Source of the DNA: an uncultured Chlorobiaceae bacterium | GTDB lineage: Bacteria; Bacteroidota; Ignavibacteria; UBA10030; SZUA-254 | Direction: 5' to 3' | Assembly: GCA_964410105.1 (NCBI GenBank) | Contig: CAYPFY010000005.1 | Coordinates: forward strand, 35,427 to 99,426 | Length of the DNA: 64,000 bases | Shown: positions 19,466-27,355 of the stretch, piece after piece | Position numbering within the stretch: the stretch's first letter is position 1 | Layout of the letters: the number at the start of each line of letters is the position of its first letter | The notes under the pieces: model-generated | What the model was told of the DNA's origin: nothing | What the model saw: only the letters and a program-made list of their open reading frames with translations | The model's database searches: none | Translations under genes and position numbers: made by a program

Positions 19466-20083
19466 ATGCGGGCCCTCATCATCGCCAACGGCTCTATTCC
19501 CGCCGCGGATCTAACCCGTAGGACAGCTGCGCGGTCGGGGCTGATCGTCTGCGCGGACGGCGGGGCAAACCATGCACGTGAATTGGAGATTGTTCCCCAC
19601 GTCATAATCGGTGATTTCGACTCCGTCGTGCCTTCGACACTGCAATACTTCAGCGGGGCAAGACAGCTCCGCATCGCAGATCAGGATAGCACAGACCTTG
19701 AGAAGGCCATCAAATTCTGCATCGAGCAAAAAGCATCGCAGATTGATGTGATCGGTGCCTCGGGAGACCGCGTGGACCATGTCACCGGCGCACTCGGATG
19801 TTTCAAGAAATTTCCGAAAGCTCACCTTGAGCTGATCGACAGCGTGGGGACGCTGAGCCGCATCGATGGTCTTGTCACATTCGAAGCTGCAGCGGGTGAG
19901 AAAATTTCGCTTATACCTCTTGAGCGCTGCACGGGGATTACGACGGAAAACCTGCTCTATCCTTTACAGGATGCCATGCTCGAGTTGGGAGTGCGGGAGG
20001 GTATCAGCAACCAGGCGGTAGGGCGCCCGGTGACAATCTCGGTCGTGACCGGAACACTGCTCCTTTACCGGTTTCACCGATGA
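19466..20083 (+). CDS. thiN: Thiamine pyrophosphokinase
   Basis: LIIANG, CADGGAN, IGDFDS, DQDSTDLEKA, GDRVDH, GISN motifs. Confidence 0.93.
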   Translation: MRALIIANGSIPAADLTRRTAARSGLIVCADGGANHARELEIVPHVIIGDFDSVVPSTLQYFSGARQLRIADQDSTDLEKAIKFCIEQKASQIDVIGASGDRVDHVTGALGCFKKFPKAHLELIDSVGTLSRIDGLVTFEAAAGEKISLIPLERCTGITTENLLYPLQDAMLELGVREGISNQAVGRPVTISVVTGTLLLYRFHR

Positions 20084-20123
20084 AGGCTCACCCGATTGTC
20101 GCCCGACGGAGGAGTAATCCCCG

Positions 20124-21548
20124 GTGATCCATCTTGCCCCTTCCGACATCGCAGTCATCTTCCTCTACTTCGGTGCTGTGATTTTTGTTGGTTTCCGGGC
20201 GGCCCGGAAGTCACGAGGCACCGAGGAGGATTTCCTTCTCGCAGGCCGATCGTTGACACTGCCGATTTTCGTCATGACCCTGGTATCCACCTGGTATGGA
20301 GGCATACTCGGAGTGGGAGAGTTTTCCTACCGGTACGGCATATCGAACTGGGTTGTGCAGGGCGTTCCATATTACATCTTTGCGGCCATTTTCGCTCTGT
20401 TCCTCGCCAAGAAGATAAGGGCAACGGGCCTCTACACGATCCCCGATAAGCTCGAGGCAGAATACGACAGGAAGACTGCGATTCTTGGATCGATCCTGAC
20501 CTTTATACTGATGACGCCCGCTCCCTACATCCTGATGCTGAGCGTGTTTCTTCAGATGCTCTTCGGATGGAGCATGGCTCTTTGCCTGTTTGTCACTGCG
20601 GTCGTGGCGGCCTCGTACCTTTATGTCGGCGGATTCCGATCTGATGTCGAGACTGACGTTCTCGAGTTTTTTCTCATGTTCGCCGGATTCGCGGTAATAC
20701 TTCCCTTCAGTTACATGAAATTCGGTGGAACAGATTTCCTCACCTCGCACCTCCCCCCCTTGCATCTCACATGGCACGGGGGCAATTCGGCGCAGTACAT
20801 CATAGTCTGGTTCTTCATTGCCCTCTGGACACTCGTCGACCCAGCGTTTCATCAGCGATGTTATGCAGCAAAGGATGGGTCTGTCGCGCAACGGGGGATT
20901 CTGATTTCCATCATATTCTGGCTCGCGTTTGATTTCTTGACCGCGACGGCCGGGCTTTACGCCCGGGCGGCGATCCCGGGCCTGAGCGAGCCGATGAGGG
21001 CCTATCCCCTGCTCGCGGAAACGGTGCTCCCCCCCCTAGCCAAGGGTCTCTTCTATGTCGGAATGCTTGCGACAATCATGTCGACACTCAACACACTAGC
21101 CTTTGTTTCGGCACAGACCCTAGGCAGGGATTTTTGGCTGCGTTTGAAGGGGATACCGCTGGGATCGGCCTCATCGGAACAATCATCTCTGCGTTCAACT
21201 CAGGCGTGTCTTGTCATTTCCTTTCTTTTGTCCATAGGCCTGGCCCTCTTGATACCGAGCGTGATCAACATGTGGTATACGATCGGCACGGTGATCATCC
21301 CGGGATTATTGATTCCATTAATGTCCAGTTATTTCGTGCGGTGGAAAATCGCGCCCGGCATGGCATTCCTTTCAATGCTATCAGGATGGTTGGTTTCGTC
21401 CGGGTGGTTAGTCGCGGGACAGGGTCAAGGGGGCGGCTATCCACTCAACGTTGAACCGATGTATCCCGGGCTGGCAGCATCGGCCTTTGTCTGGATCTGG
21501 GGACGGAGATTCTCTTCCCCAGATCAGACGCTGAATACGCAAGCCTAA
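20124..21548 (+). CDS. Sodium:solute symporter (SSS) family, probable thiamine or thiamine-precursor transporter
   Basis: FLLAGRSL, STWYGG, GGFRSDV.TD, QRCYAAK, ATIMSTL, about 13 TM helices. Confidence 0.88.
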   Translation: MIHLAPSDIAVIFLYFGAVIFVGFRAARKSRGTEEDFLLAGRSLTLPIFVMTLVSTWYGGILGVGEFSYRYGISNWVVQGVPYYIFAAIFALFLAKKIRATGLYTIPDKLEAEYDRKTAILGSILTFILMTPAPYILMLSVFLQMLFGWSMALCLFVTAVVAASYLYVGGFRSDVETDVLEFFLMFAGFAVILPFSYMKFGGTDFLTSHLPPLHLTWHGGNSAQYIIVWFFIALWTLVDPAFHQRCYAAKDGSVAQRGILISIIFWLAFDFLTATAGLYARAAIPGLSEPMRAYPLLAETVLPPLAKGLFYVGMLATIMSTLNTLAFVSAQTLGRDFWLRLKGIPLGSASSEQSSLRSTQACLVISFLLSIGLALLIPSVINMWYTIGTVIIPGLLIPLMSSYFVRWKIAPGMAFLSMLSGWLVSSGWLVAGQGQGGGYPLNVEPMYPGLAASAFVWIWGRRFSSPDQTLNTQA

Positions 21549-21722
21549 AATATGGAACCTAGGGGGTGAGTAGAGGGTTTTGGTCGAGATAGGCGGTCAG
21601 TTCAGGGTAACACATGACGTCTGGCAAGAGCTCATAGTCGGATTTGATCTGACGGATACCCAATGAGCTGTTTACCCGCATCTGCGGGACTGTAAACTCC
21701 TCAAATGCGACAAGGAAGCCGA

Positions 21723-21757
21723 TAAAAAAGCGGCGGCTCCCCCATCGGAACCGCCGC
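21723..21757 (-). terminator. Intrinsic terminator of the beta-propeller gene
   Basis: Minus strand gcggcggttcc-loop-ggagccgccgc followed by tttttt, about 30 nt after the stop at 21789. Confidence 0.8.
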
Positions 21758-21788
21758 CCGTCCCTTGCCTCCACATAGGTAATAGCCG

Positions 21789-23435
21789 CTATTTCATGAG
21801 AAGCATCTTCTTCACCTGTTGAAACTTCCCGTTGTTTGCAACGATCCGATAAAAATACGTTCCGCTCGCAAGATCCGATGCGTTCACATCCACCTCATGG
21901 AGGCCCTGGGAGTAGTACTCGTTATGAACCAGGGTTCGCACTTCTCTCCCCAATAGGTCATAGATCGTTAGACTAACGGGTCCGGGTTCCCGAAGAGTGA
22001 ACCGTATCTTGGTAGCCGGATTGAAGGGATTCGGATAGTTCTGCGAGAGTTGATATTGATTCGGGTCGGATGCAGACTGTGGAGAACCCCCAACGAAGGC
22101 GGCGCGCGACGTAAAAGTACCTCCGGTATAGTACTTCACAAGGAACAGATCCTGCGGAAGCCCGCTGAGGGTATTCTGATTTGTGGAGCCGAAGAGCACC
22201 AGACTGCTGTCATTATTGCTCGACGCCATGCCGACGCAGAGATTGCCGAGGCCGCCACCTCCGGCATTGCTCGGATCGTATATGGTTTCCGATTGGAATG
22301 TGCCTGAGGAATTAAATCTGTCAAGAACATACTTCGTAGGACTGGCATTTGTCGTCCCGCTGGTATAGAAGTCCCCGGTTGTCCCATTAATCCTGATGGT
22401 AGTCCAGGTGGAGGGCGTCGTAGCATCTCCCGACCATGCGTTCACCCCTGTCGTCTTGTCGATCTTGAAAAACTGTGAGCCGTTTGCGTGATACCCAGCA
22501 GCATAAACGGCGTTGTTATCTATAGCCATTCCTCCCGACGCAAACTGGAACGATGAGCAATTATACGAGCGGTTCGCCCAGCTTTGAGTTCCCGAGGGGG
22601 TATATTTGATGGTGGCGACATCGGCGTCGCCGCACGACGCGTAGCTGGTGCCGGTTACATAGCATCCGGACGTGTCTGCGATCAGATTCAGAGGAAGGTC
22701 GGAGCCCCCATTATCGTAGGTTTTCACCCACTGCTGGGCAATATTCAGGTCATACTTCACGGTGAGATAGTTCGGATTGGAGCTCCCTGCCTTGGCGAGC
22801 ACATAGATCGCCGAATTGGGAACCAGGGCAGCGCCTACGACGATATCCGAGTCCCCGCTGTCGTAATGACTGTCTCCCTGGAAGCCGAGAACGGCGTCGT
22901 ATTTCAATATCGTGACGTCGTATTTGGTGGAAACAGTGACCCTGCTCATTCCGACAACGTAAAACACGTTTGATCCGGGTCCTGCTGGCAGGATTTTGAC
23001 TGCGTCGTCATTTCGGTTAAGGGAGTTATAGTCATACCGTTTCACGTTGGAATTGCTCATGACGGTTGTTCCCCCCGTATCGATAACAAAGGATGCTATG
23101 TCGTAATCGGTACCGGACTGGCTCTTCCCAGTAATAAACAGGTAGGAGCCCTGGACGGCGATTGATTTCGCCTGGTCGTTATTGCCATTGTCGTACGTCT
23201 GCAACCACTTCAGCACACCGTTCCGGTCGAACTTTGCAACAAGATAGTCATACTCATTCGACGTATTCTTGATCCACCCGGCGACATAAATATTGCCGTT
23301 TACATCGACCGCCGCGTCATTGATCTGGTCATCCTTTCCATAACCGTCAAGTTGCAGTTTAAATTTATATGTTGGTTGGCCGAACGCGCTCGTGAGGCCG
23401 ACGCAAAGAAGACCTATGAGAATAGAGAATTTCAT
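21789..23435 (-). CDS. Secreted beta-propeller (SBBP-like repeat) protein with T9SS-type C-terminal domain
   Basis: RBS GGAGG, ATG 23435, signal peptide (AFG|Q), repeats of the type D....AVD..GN.YV.G......D....K.D..G...W...YD, C-terminal SQNYPNPFNP...KKMLLMK. Confidence 0.85.
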   Translation of the reverse strand: MKFSILIGLLCVGLTSAFGQPTYKFKLQLDGYGKDDQINDAAVDVNGNIYVAGWIKNTSNEYDYLVAKFDRNGVLKWLQTYDNGNNDQAKSIAVQGSYLFITGKSQSGTDYDIASFVIDTGGTTVMSNSNVKRYDYNSLNRNDDAVKILPAGPGSNVFYVVGMSRVTVSTKYDVTILKYDAVLGFQGDSHYDSGDSDIVVGAALVPNSAIYVLAKAGSSNPNYLTVKYDLNIAQQWVKTYDNGGSDLPLNLIADTSGCYVTGTSYASCGDADVATIKYTPSGTQSWANRSYNCSSFQFASGGMAIDNNAVYAAGYHANGSQFFKIDKTTGVNAWSGDATTPSTWTTIRINGTTGDFYTSGTTNASPTKYVLDRFNSSGTFQSETIYDPSNAGGGGLGNLCVGMASSNNDSSLVLFGSTNQNTLSGLPQDLFLVKYYTGGTFTSRAAFVGGSPQSASDPNQYQLSQNYPNPFNPATKIRFTLREPGPVSLTIYDLLGREVRTLVHNEYYSQGLHEVDVNASDLASGTYFYRIVANNGKFQQVKKMLLMK

Positions 23436-23843
23436 TGCGACCTCCAATGGTTTTAGAGTTTTTTTCTGTTTTCCTGCCTGCGCAAAAGAAGGAGTGCGCT
23501 CTGGCGTGGCAGACGCACGGGCGACACGGATCATCCTCTCAGTCCGTCCCTTTCCAGTCTATGGTGAGACTTTTGCAAAAGTGCGCTGGATCCGTCGACA
23601 GCTATGGGTAGTGGGCAGGGAAGGCCCTTGCGAAATCGTCCCCAGAAACCGAGGCTCGATTACAGACCAGTTCCCCCGTCAACGCTTCTATGGCTTATGC
23701 ACTGACGACTGCCTCCCGGATGGGGGAGCCCCCGGCCCAAAGCTCTGCGAAACGAGATCTCTCTGCGCCTATCCTGGATTGTTACCCGGAGAATTCAGCC
23801 TCTCCGGGTTTCGAGGGTGAAGTGGTGAAACGAAGGTAATGTC

Positions 23844-23872
23844 AATGTATGCGGAACGAGGGGATGCCGCAA
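23844..23872 (-). promoter_or_regulatory. Sigma70-like promoter for the beta-propeller gene (TTGCGG-N17-TACATT)
   Basis: -35 at 23872-23867, -10 at 23849-23844; same register relative to the operator as the cassette promoter at 27070-27098. Confidence 0.7.
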
Positions 23873-23912
23873 TGGGGTATATACCTATATATGAGGGGGG
23901 TGAACACCCCAT
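23870..23912. promoter_or_regulatory. Operator copy 1: two GGGGT-N4-ACC(C/T)-type inverted repeats 23 bp apart; candidate binding site of the NarL-type regulator
   Basis: caatggggtatatacctatatatgaggggggtgaacaccccat; 36/43 identical and ungapped versus 27096-27138. Confidence 0.8.
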
Positions 23913-23937
23913 CATCCGTGGGGCGTTCGCAAACCGG

Positions 23938-24579
23938 TTATTTCACAATTCCTTTCAGAATCGCGTATCGGGTGAGTGTAATGGCATCGTGGAGGTCCAG
24001 TTTATTCATGATCTGCTGCCGGTACTTTTCGATCGTCTTAGTACTCAGGCAGAGCGTAGAGCTGATTTGTGAATTCGTTTGACCGATGGATATACACTGA
24101 AGGATTTCGCGTTCCCTGAGCGTAAGAACCGGTTCGAGGGGTGTCGCGCCGCGGATCTGAAGAATCGCCTTCGAAACGGTGGGGCTGAAATAAGCGTTTC
24201 CTTTCTTGATCTCACGGATTGCGAAAATCAGCTCGCTGGAGGCGGTTTGCTTTACAAGATAACCTCGTACCCCTGCCTGGATCGCGTGCGTAACGCATTC
24301 CACATCATCTGACATTGAAAGAATGATCAGACCGATGGAGGGGTCGCACTCGTGGATTCTGGCCGCTGCCTGGAGCCCATTCATCTCCGGCATGGTGATA
24401 TCCATGATCACGATCGAAGGTCGAAGATCCCGGGCGAGCTCGAGAGCGTCGTTCCCCGTGGCGGCTTCTCCGACCACGGTGATATCAGGTTCTGCCGAAA
24501 GGAGCGCTTTCAGCCCCTGCCTAAAAATTGTATGGTCGTCAGCCAGCAGCACGCCGATTTTCGACATTTTTTCCCTCAC
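23938..24579 (-). CDS. NarL/FixJ (LuxR-HTH) family response regulator
   Basis: LLADDH, MDITMP (phospho-Asp), GYLVK, LTLREREIL...G.TN..I...L.LS.KT...Y; GTGA overlap with the kinase stop. Confidence 0.95.
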   Translation of the reverse strand: MREKMSKIGVLLADDHTIFRQGLKALLSAEPDITVVGEAATGNDALELARDLRPSIVIMDITMPEMNGLQAAARIHECDPSIGLIILSMSDDVECVTHAIQAGVRGYLVKQTASSELIFAIREIKKGNAYFSPTVSKAILQIRGATPLEPVLTLREREILQCISIGQTNSQISSTLCLSTKTIEKYRQQIMNKLDLHDAITLTRYAILKGIVK

Positions 24580-25820
24580 TTCCCCGGCATGGGAAGCCTC
24601 ACATGGAGTGCGGTTCCCCGGCCGGATTTTGAATTGATATCGAGACTGCCTCCCACAAGTTTCATCCGCTCCTGCATTCCGAGCAATCCGAGATGGGGCC
24701 TCGAGCCGTCAAAGTTGCGGCTGACGTTATCGGGGTCAAATCCACGGCCATTATCCCGGATGGCCAGCACGAAACACCCGTCCTCCTGGGAGCACTCCAC
24801 AGCGACACTGGTCGCTGAAGCGTGCTGAGCGATATTGGTGAGCGATTCCTGCAGAACTCGGTAGAGCGCCAGCTTCTCCGAGCGGCCGAACAGCTCTATC
24901 GAGGGGCATTCGACAAAATCAATGGCCACTTTTGTCCGATTTGAGAATTCTCTCAAATATCCCCGGACGACAGGCAGGAAACCCACCTGGTCAAGCGATT
25001 CGGGGAGAAGATCCTGAAGAACCTGCCGCACCCTCCCCATGACCTCGCGGGTCAGGTCCTGAGCATCCTGTAGCCGGTCGTGGGCGTCTTTCGTTGCAAT
25101 TCCCGGATCCTTTTTCAAGACCTCCAGGTTTATGGTGATCGCGGCCAGCGTCTGACCGATCTCGTCGTGGAGTTCGCGTCCGATCCGCAGACGATCATTT
25201 TCCTGCACCTGGATGACCTGACGGCTCAACTGAGCCAATCGGTCCTGCATCGCAACCGCCTGGTGGAGCAGCAATTCGGATTTTCGCCGAGCGGAGCGCA
25301 GGGTACGGTCATAGCTCACCCGCTCGGTGATATCCCTGGCAATGCCCCGAACGGCCCTGGTCTTGCCATTGTCGATCACGGGCGAACTCCGAAATTCGAA
25401 CACGAACAATCGTGACTTATCCCTGGAGAAAACCGGGATCACTCCCGAAACTTCCTTCATGGAGTCGGCAACAGCCTTCAGATATCTTACAAATTTTGGA
25501 CGCATTCCTGGGGAGAGAAAATCGGTGACATCCTTCCCGATAAGCGCATCCGGCGGGTATCCGAGCAATGTCGAAGCAACCCGATTCACGCTCAGGACAA
25601 CGCCCGTCGCCGAGTGGACATAGACCAGATCCGAGACATTTTCGAAAAGATCGGCGTATCTCCGCTCATTCTCCTCAAGGAGCGCAAAATGTTCCCTCTG
25701 CAGTCTGGCCTTTGTCCTCTCGTTCAGGAAAAGGAGCGCGACCATTCCGATCCCGAGGGTAAGGGCGACGATCGTTCCTACAAGGAGGATCCACCAGAAC
25801 TCAGATGTTGGACCGGACAT
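24576..25820 (-). CDS. Sensor histidine kinase: 1 TM + PAS + HisKA_3 + HATPase_c
   Basis: True start ATG 25820 (MSGPTSEFWWILLV). Single N-terminal TM, PAS (LFENVSDLVYV...RGIARDIT), RELHDEIGQ, RVLQESLTN, DNGRGF, GLLGMQER. Confidence 0.93.
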   Translation of the reverse strand: MSGPTSEFWWILLVGTIVALTLGIGMVALLFLNERTKARLQREHFALLEENERRYADLFENVSDLVYVHSATGVVLSVNRVASTLLGYPPDALIGKDVTDFLSPGMRPKFVRYLKAVADSMKEVSGVIPVFSRDKSRLFVFEFRSSPVIDNGKTRAVRGIARDITERVSYDRTLRSARRKSELLLHQAVAMQDRLAQLSRQVIQVQENDRLRIGRELHDEIGQTLAAITINLEVLKKDPGIATKDAHDRLQDAQDLTREVMGRVRQVLQDLLPESLDQVGFLPVVRGYLREFSNRTKVAIDFVECPSIELFGRSEKLALYRVLQESLTNIAQHASATSVAVECSQEDGCFVLAIRDNGRGFDPDNVSRNFDGSRPHLGLLGMQERMKLVGGSLDINSKSGRGTALHVRLPMPGK

Positions 25821-26437
25821 AGGAAAGCCAAGGCAAAACAGATATTTGTCGCGATGGTGAGGCTCCAGTGCAAAACCCAGACGCCGATTGCTTCCTGAAC
25901 ATGGAAGTTCGTCAACACATTCAGGAGCAGGAAGAGCGTCATATTTCCCGCAAAATAAACGATGACCCCCGCAACTGCCCACACCCGGAAATTCCGGCTC
26001 AGCGGCGAGGCCCCCGCGGAACGGATGGCGAACACAGCTCCGACAGCGGCGGCGATCATCACCGCGGAGGTGACAGCTTTGGTAAACTCGGCCTGGCCGG
26101 AGAGAGGTTCAAAAGTGAACTTGGAGATCAGCCAGAATCCCGAATACGCAAGAATGCTCCATCGCAACAGCTTTGCAAACGTTCGGCCCTTTTGCCACGG
26201 AGCGACCAACATACTCAGCACGGCAAATTCTATCAGATTATAGACATGGAGGACCCACAAGTTCTGCATGTGCCGGATAGCCATGAAGAACGTGACAAAT
26301 TCGGTTGTCGCGCCCAGCGAAACATACGCAAGGAGCAATCTCCGCTCCTTGTCAAGAAGCGATCTCCTGTAAAAACTGGCACCTAACGGCAGGGCGTTAG
26401 ATGCCAGATCAACATACGCAAGGAGAGGAAGATTCAC
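25778..26437 (-). CDS. Standalone polytopic (about 7 TM) membrane protein, candidate co-receptor of the kinase
   Basis: About 7 hydrophobic segments, NLWVLHVYNLIEF and W...G..VYF.GN...F motifs; 3' end overlaps the kinase start by 43 nt. Confidence 0.75.
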   Translation of the reverse strand: MNLPLLAYVDLASNALPLGASFYRRSLLDKERRLLLAYVSLGATTEFVTFFMAIRHMQNLWVLHVYNLIEFAVLSMLVAPWQKGRTFAKLLRWSILAYSGFWLISKFTFEPLSGQAEFTKAVTSAVMIAAAVGAVFAIRSAGASPLSRNFRVWAVAGVIVYFAGNMTLFLLLNVLTNFHVQEAIGVWVLHWSLTIATNICFALAFLCPVQHLSSGGSSL

Positions 26438-26455
26438 GCGTTCGGGATCGGATCG

Positions 26456-26875
26456 TTACCGTTCGAGAGCGCTTTTTCCATCACAGATTGGTGGACAAGG
26501 AAACCCGTACTCAAGTATGTTACCGCCGGTTAGATCCGCGCCGGTCGCGTCGATCCCCACAATTACCAGAGCAGATGCTCCGGTGAGTTTCCTGCCGTAA
26601 TAGGCACGAATACCGACGCATTGCGGCTGATTCAAGACTGCGAGCAGAGCGTCGCGAGAAAAAACTTCTCCCAGGACAGAACCGGTCGCCGCTGAGTTCT
26701 TGAAATTCTTCACAAGCTCAACGGCATCGCTGAGCGAAATCGCATGACTCTCGTGACCCGTGAACTGAGAGGATTGGGCCCGGAGCTCGCCCTCGGGGGA
26801 AACCTGCCATAAAGATACGATAAAGATTGCAAAAAACAGAACTCGGGCAGGCGAAAGGTCATGATTGAACGTCAT
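26456..26875 (-). CDS. Small exported protein with CVGIRAYYG and C-terminal PCPPIC motifs (function unknown)
   Basis: Strong RBS AGGAGG, signal peptide ending ELRA|Q, mature part about 106 aa with 3 Cys; first gene of the cassette. Confidence 0.8.
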   Translation of the reverse strand: MTFNHDLSPARVLFFAIFIVSLWQVSPEGELRAQSSQFTGHESHAISLSDAVELVKNFKNSAATGSVLGEVFSRDALLAVLNQPQCVGIRAYYGRKLTGASALVIVGIDATGADLTGGNILEYGFPCPPICDGKSALER

Positions 26876-27069
26876 AATTCCTCCTATAATAAAAGATTGA
26901 TAGAATCAGTTAATGTGTTTCCGGAGGGATAGAAGTCAGCCACATCATGCGCGTCCCCTGCTGATCCGATCATGGACTCACCGGGGCTTAATTGGTGAAG
27001 GAAAGGTCGACGTGAAACGGAGATGATTCCCCTGGGACTCCTTTCAGAGAGGTTGGGGTCGTCTGTAAC

Positions 27070-27098
27070 AATTTAACCGTGGAAACCCGATCCATCAA
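27070..27098 (-). promoter_or_regulatory. Sigma70-like promoter of the signalling cassette (TTGATG-N17-TAAATT)
   Basis: -35 at 27098-27093, -10 at 27075-27070. Confidence 0.7.
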
Positions 27099-27160
27099 TG
27101 GGGTATACACCTATTTTCGGGGGGGGTGATTACCCCATGGGGAGGGGGGTCATCACCCCC
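27096..27160. promoter_or_regulatory. Operator copy 2: three GGGGT-N4-ACC(CC) inverted repeats starting at 27100, 27123 and 27146
   Basis: ggggt-atac-accta, ggggt-gatt-acccc, ggggt-catc-acccc with exact 23-bp periodicity. Confidence 0.8.
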
Positions 27161-27355
27161 CACTTTCAGAGAATGGCTGAGGTTCTTTAAGAAACTCTGA
27201 GAAACTTACTGCGATTCTAGCGAAGGAGTGGTGCCACGTTGGTAGGGCAGTCGCTACCGGGTTTCTGGATCTGTCAGACGACGAGGAAAGTGGATCTGGT
27301 CAGACTGCAACGGATCGACGCACCTTGCAATCGTCCGGCTGTCAGATTGCGGGTT

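Noticed and set aside
21559-21774. 71-aa ORF and a small hairpin between the SSS gene and the terminator
   Set aside because: The ORF starts within or upstream of the terminator of the preceding gene and has no motif; the hairpin alone is insufficient for an ncRNA call
23436-23534. N-terminal extension of the beta-propeller ORF
   Set aside because: A GGAGG RBS and a clean signal peptide begin at ATG 23435
25821-25982. Cys-rich N-terminal extension of the kinase in the ORF track
   Set aside because: It is an alternative frame inside the 7TM gene; the real start is ATG 25820, just before the TM helix
26884-26973. 29-codon upstream ORF (MIGSAGDAHDVADFYPSGNTLTDSINLLL) ending at the RBS of the small Cys protein
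   Set aside because: Tempting as a peptide pheromone or leader peptide, but the SD-like GGTGAG is only 3 nt from the ATG and there is no other support; would need ribosome profiling or conservation
26880-27065. Possible c-di-GMP-I riboswitch in the cassette leader (GAAA-capped stem)
   Set aside because: Lacks the GGCAAACC...GGGACGCAAAGC core
27096-27160. The 23-bp periodic repeats considered as a mini-CRISPR or iteron array
   Set aside because: Only 2-3 units, 9-nt spacers, no cas or rep genes, and the position abuts a -35 box; an operator fits better
27220-27240. Possible sigma54 -24/-12 promoter (TGGCAC on the minus strand); similar near-misses at about 35619 and 45545
   Set aside because: GG-to-GC spacing is wrong or the TTGC element is absent
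21549-27355. Mobile island boundaries around the signalling module
   Set aside because: No integrase, transposase, tRNA target or flanking direct repeats seen; only a mild GC drop in sampled lines
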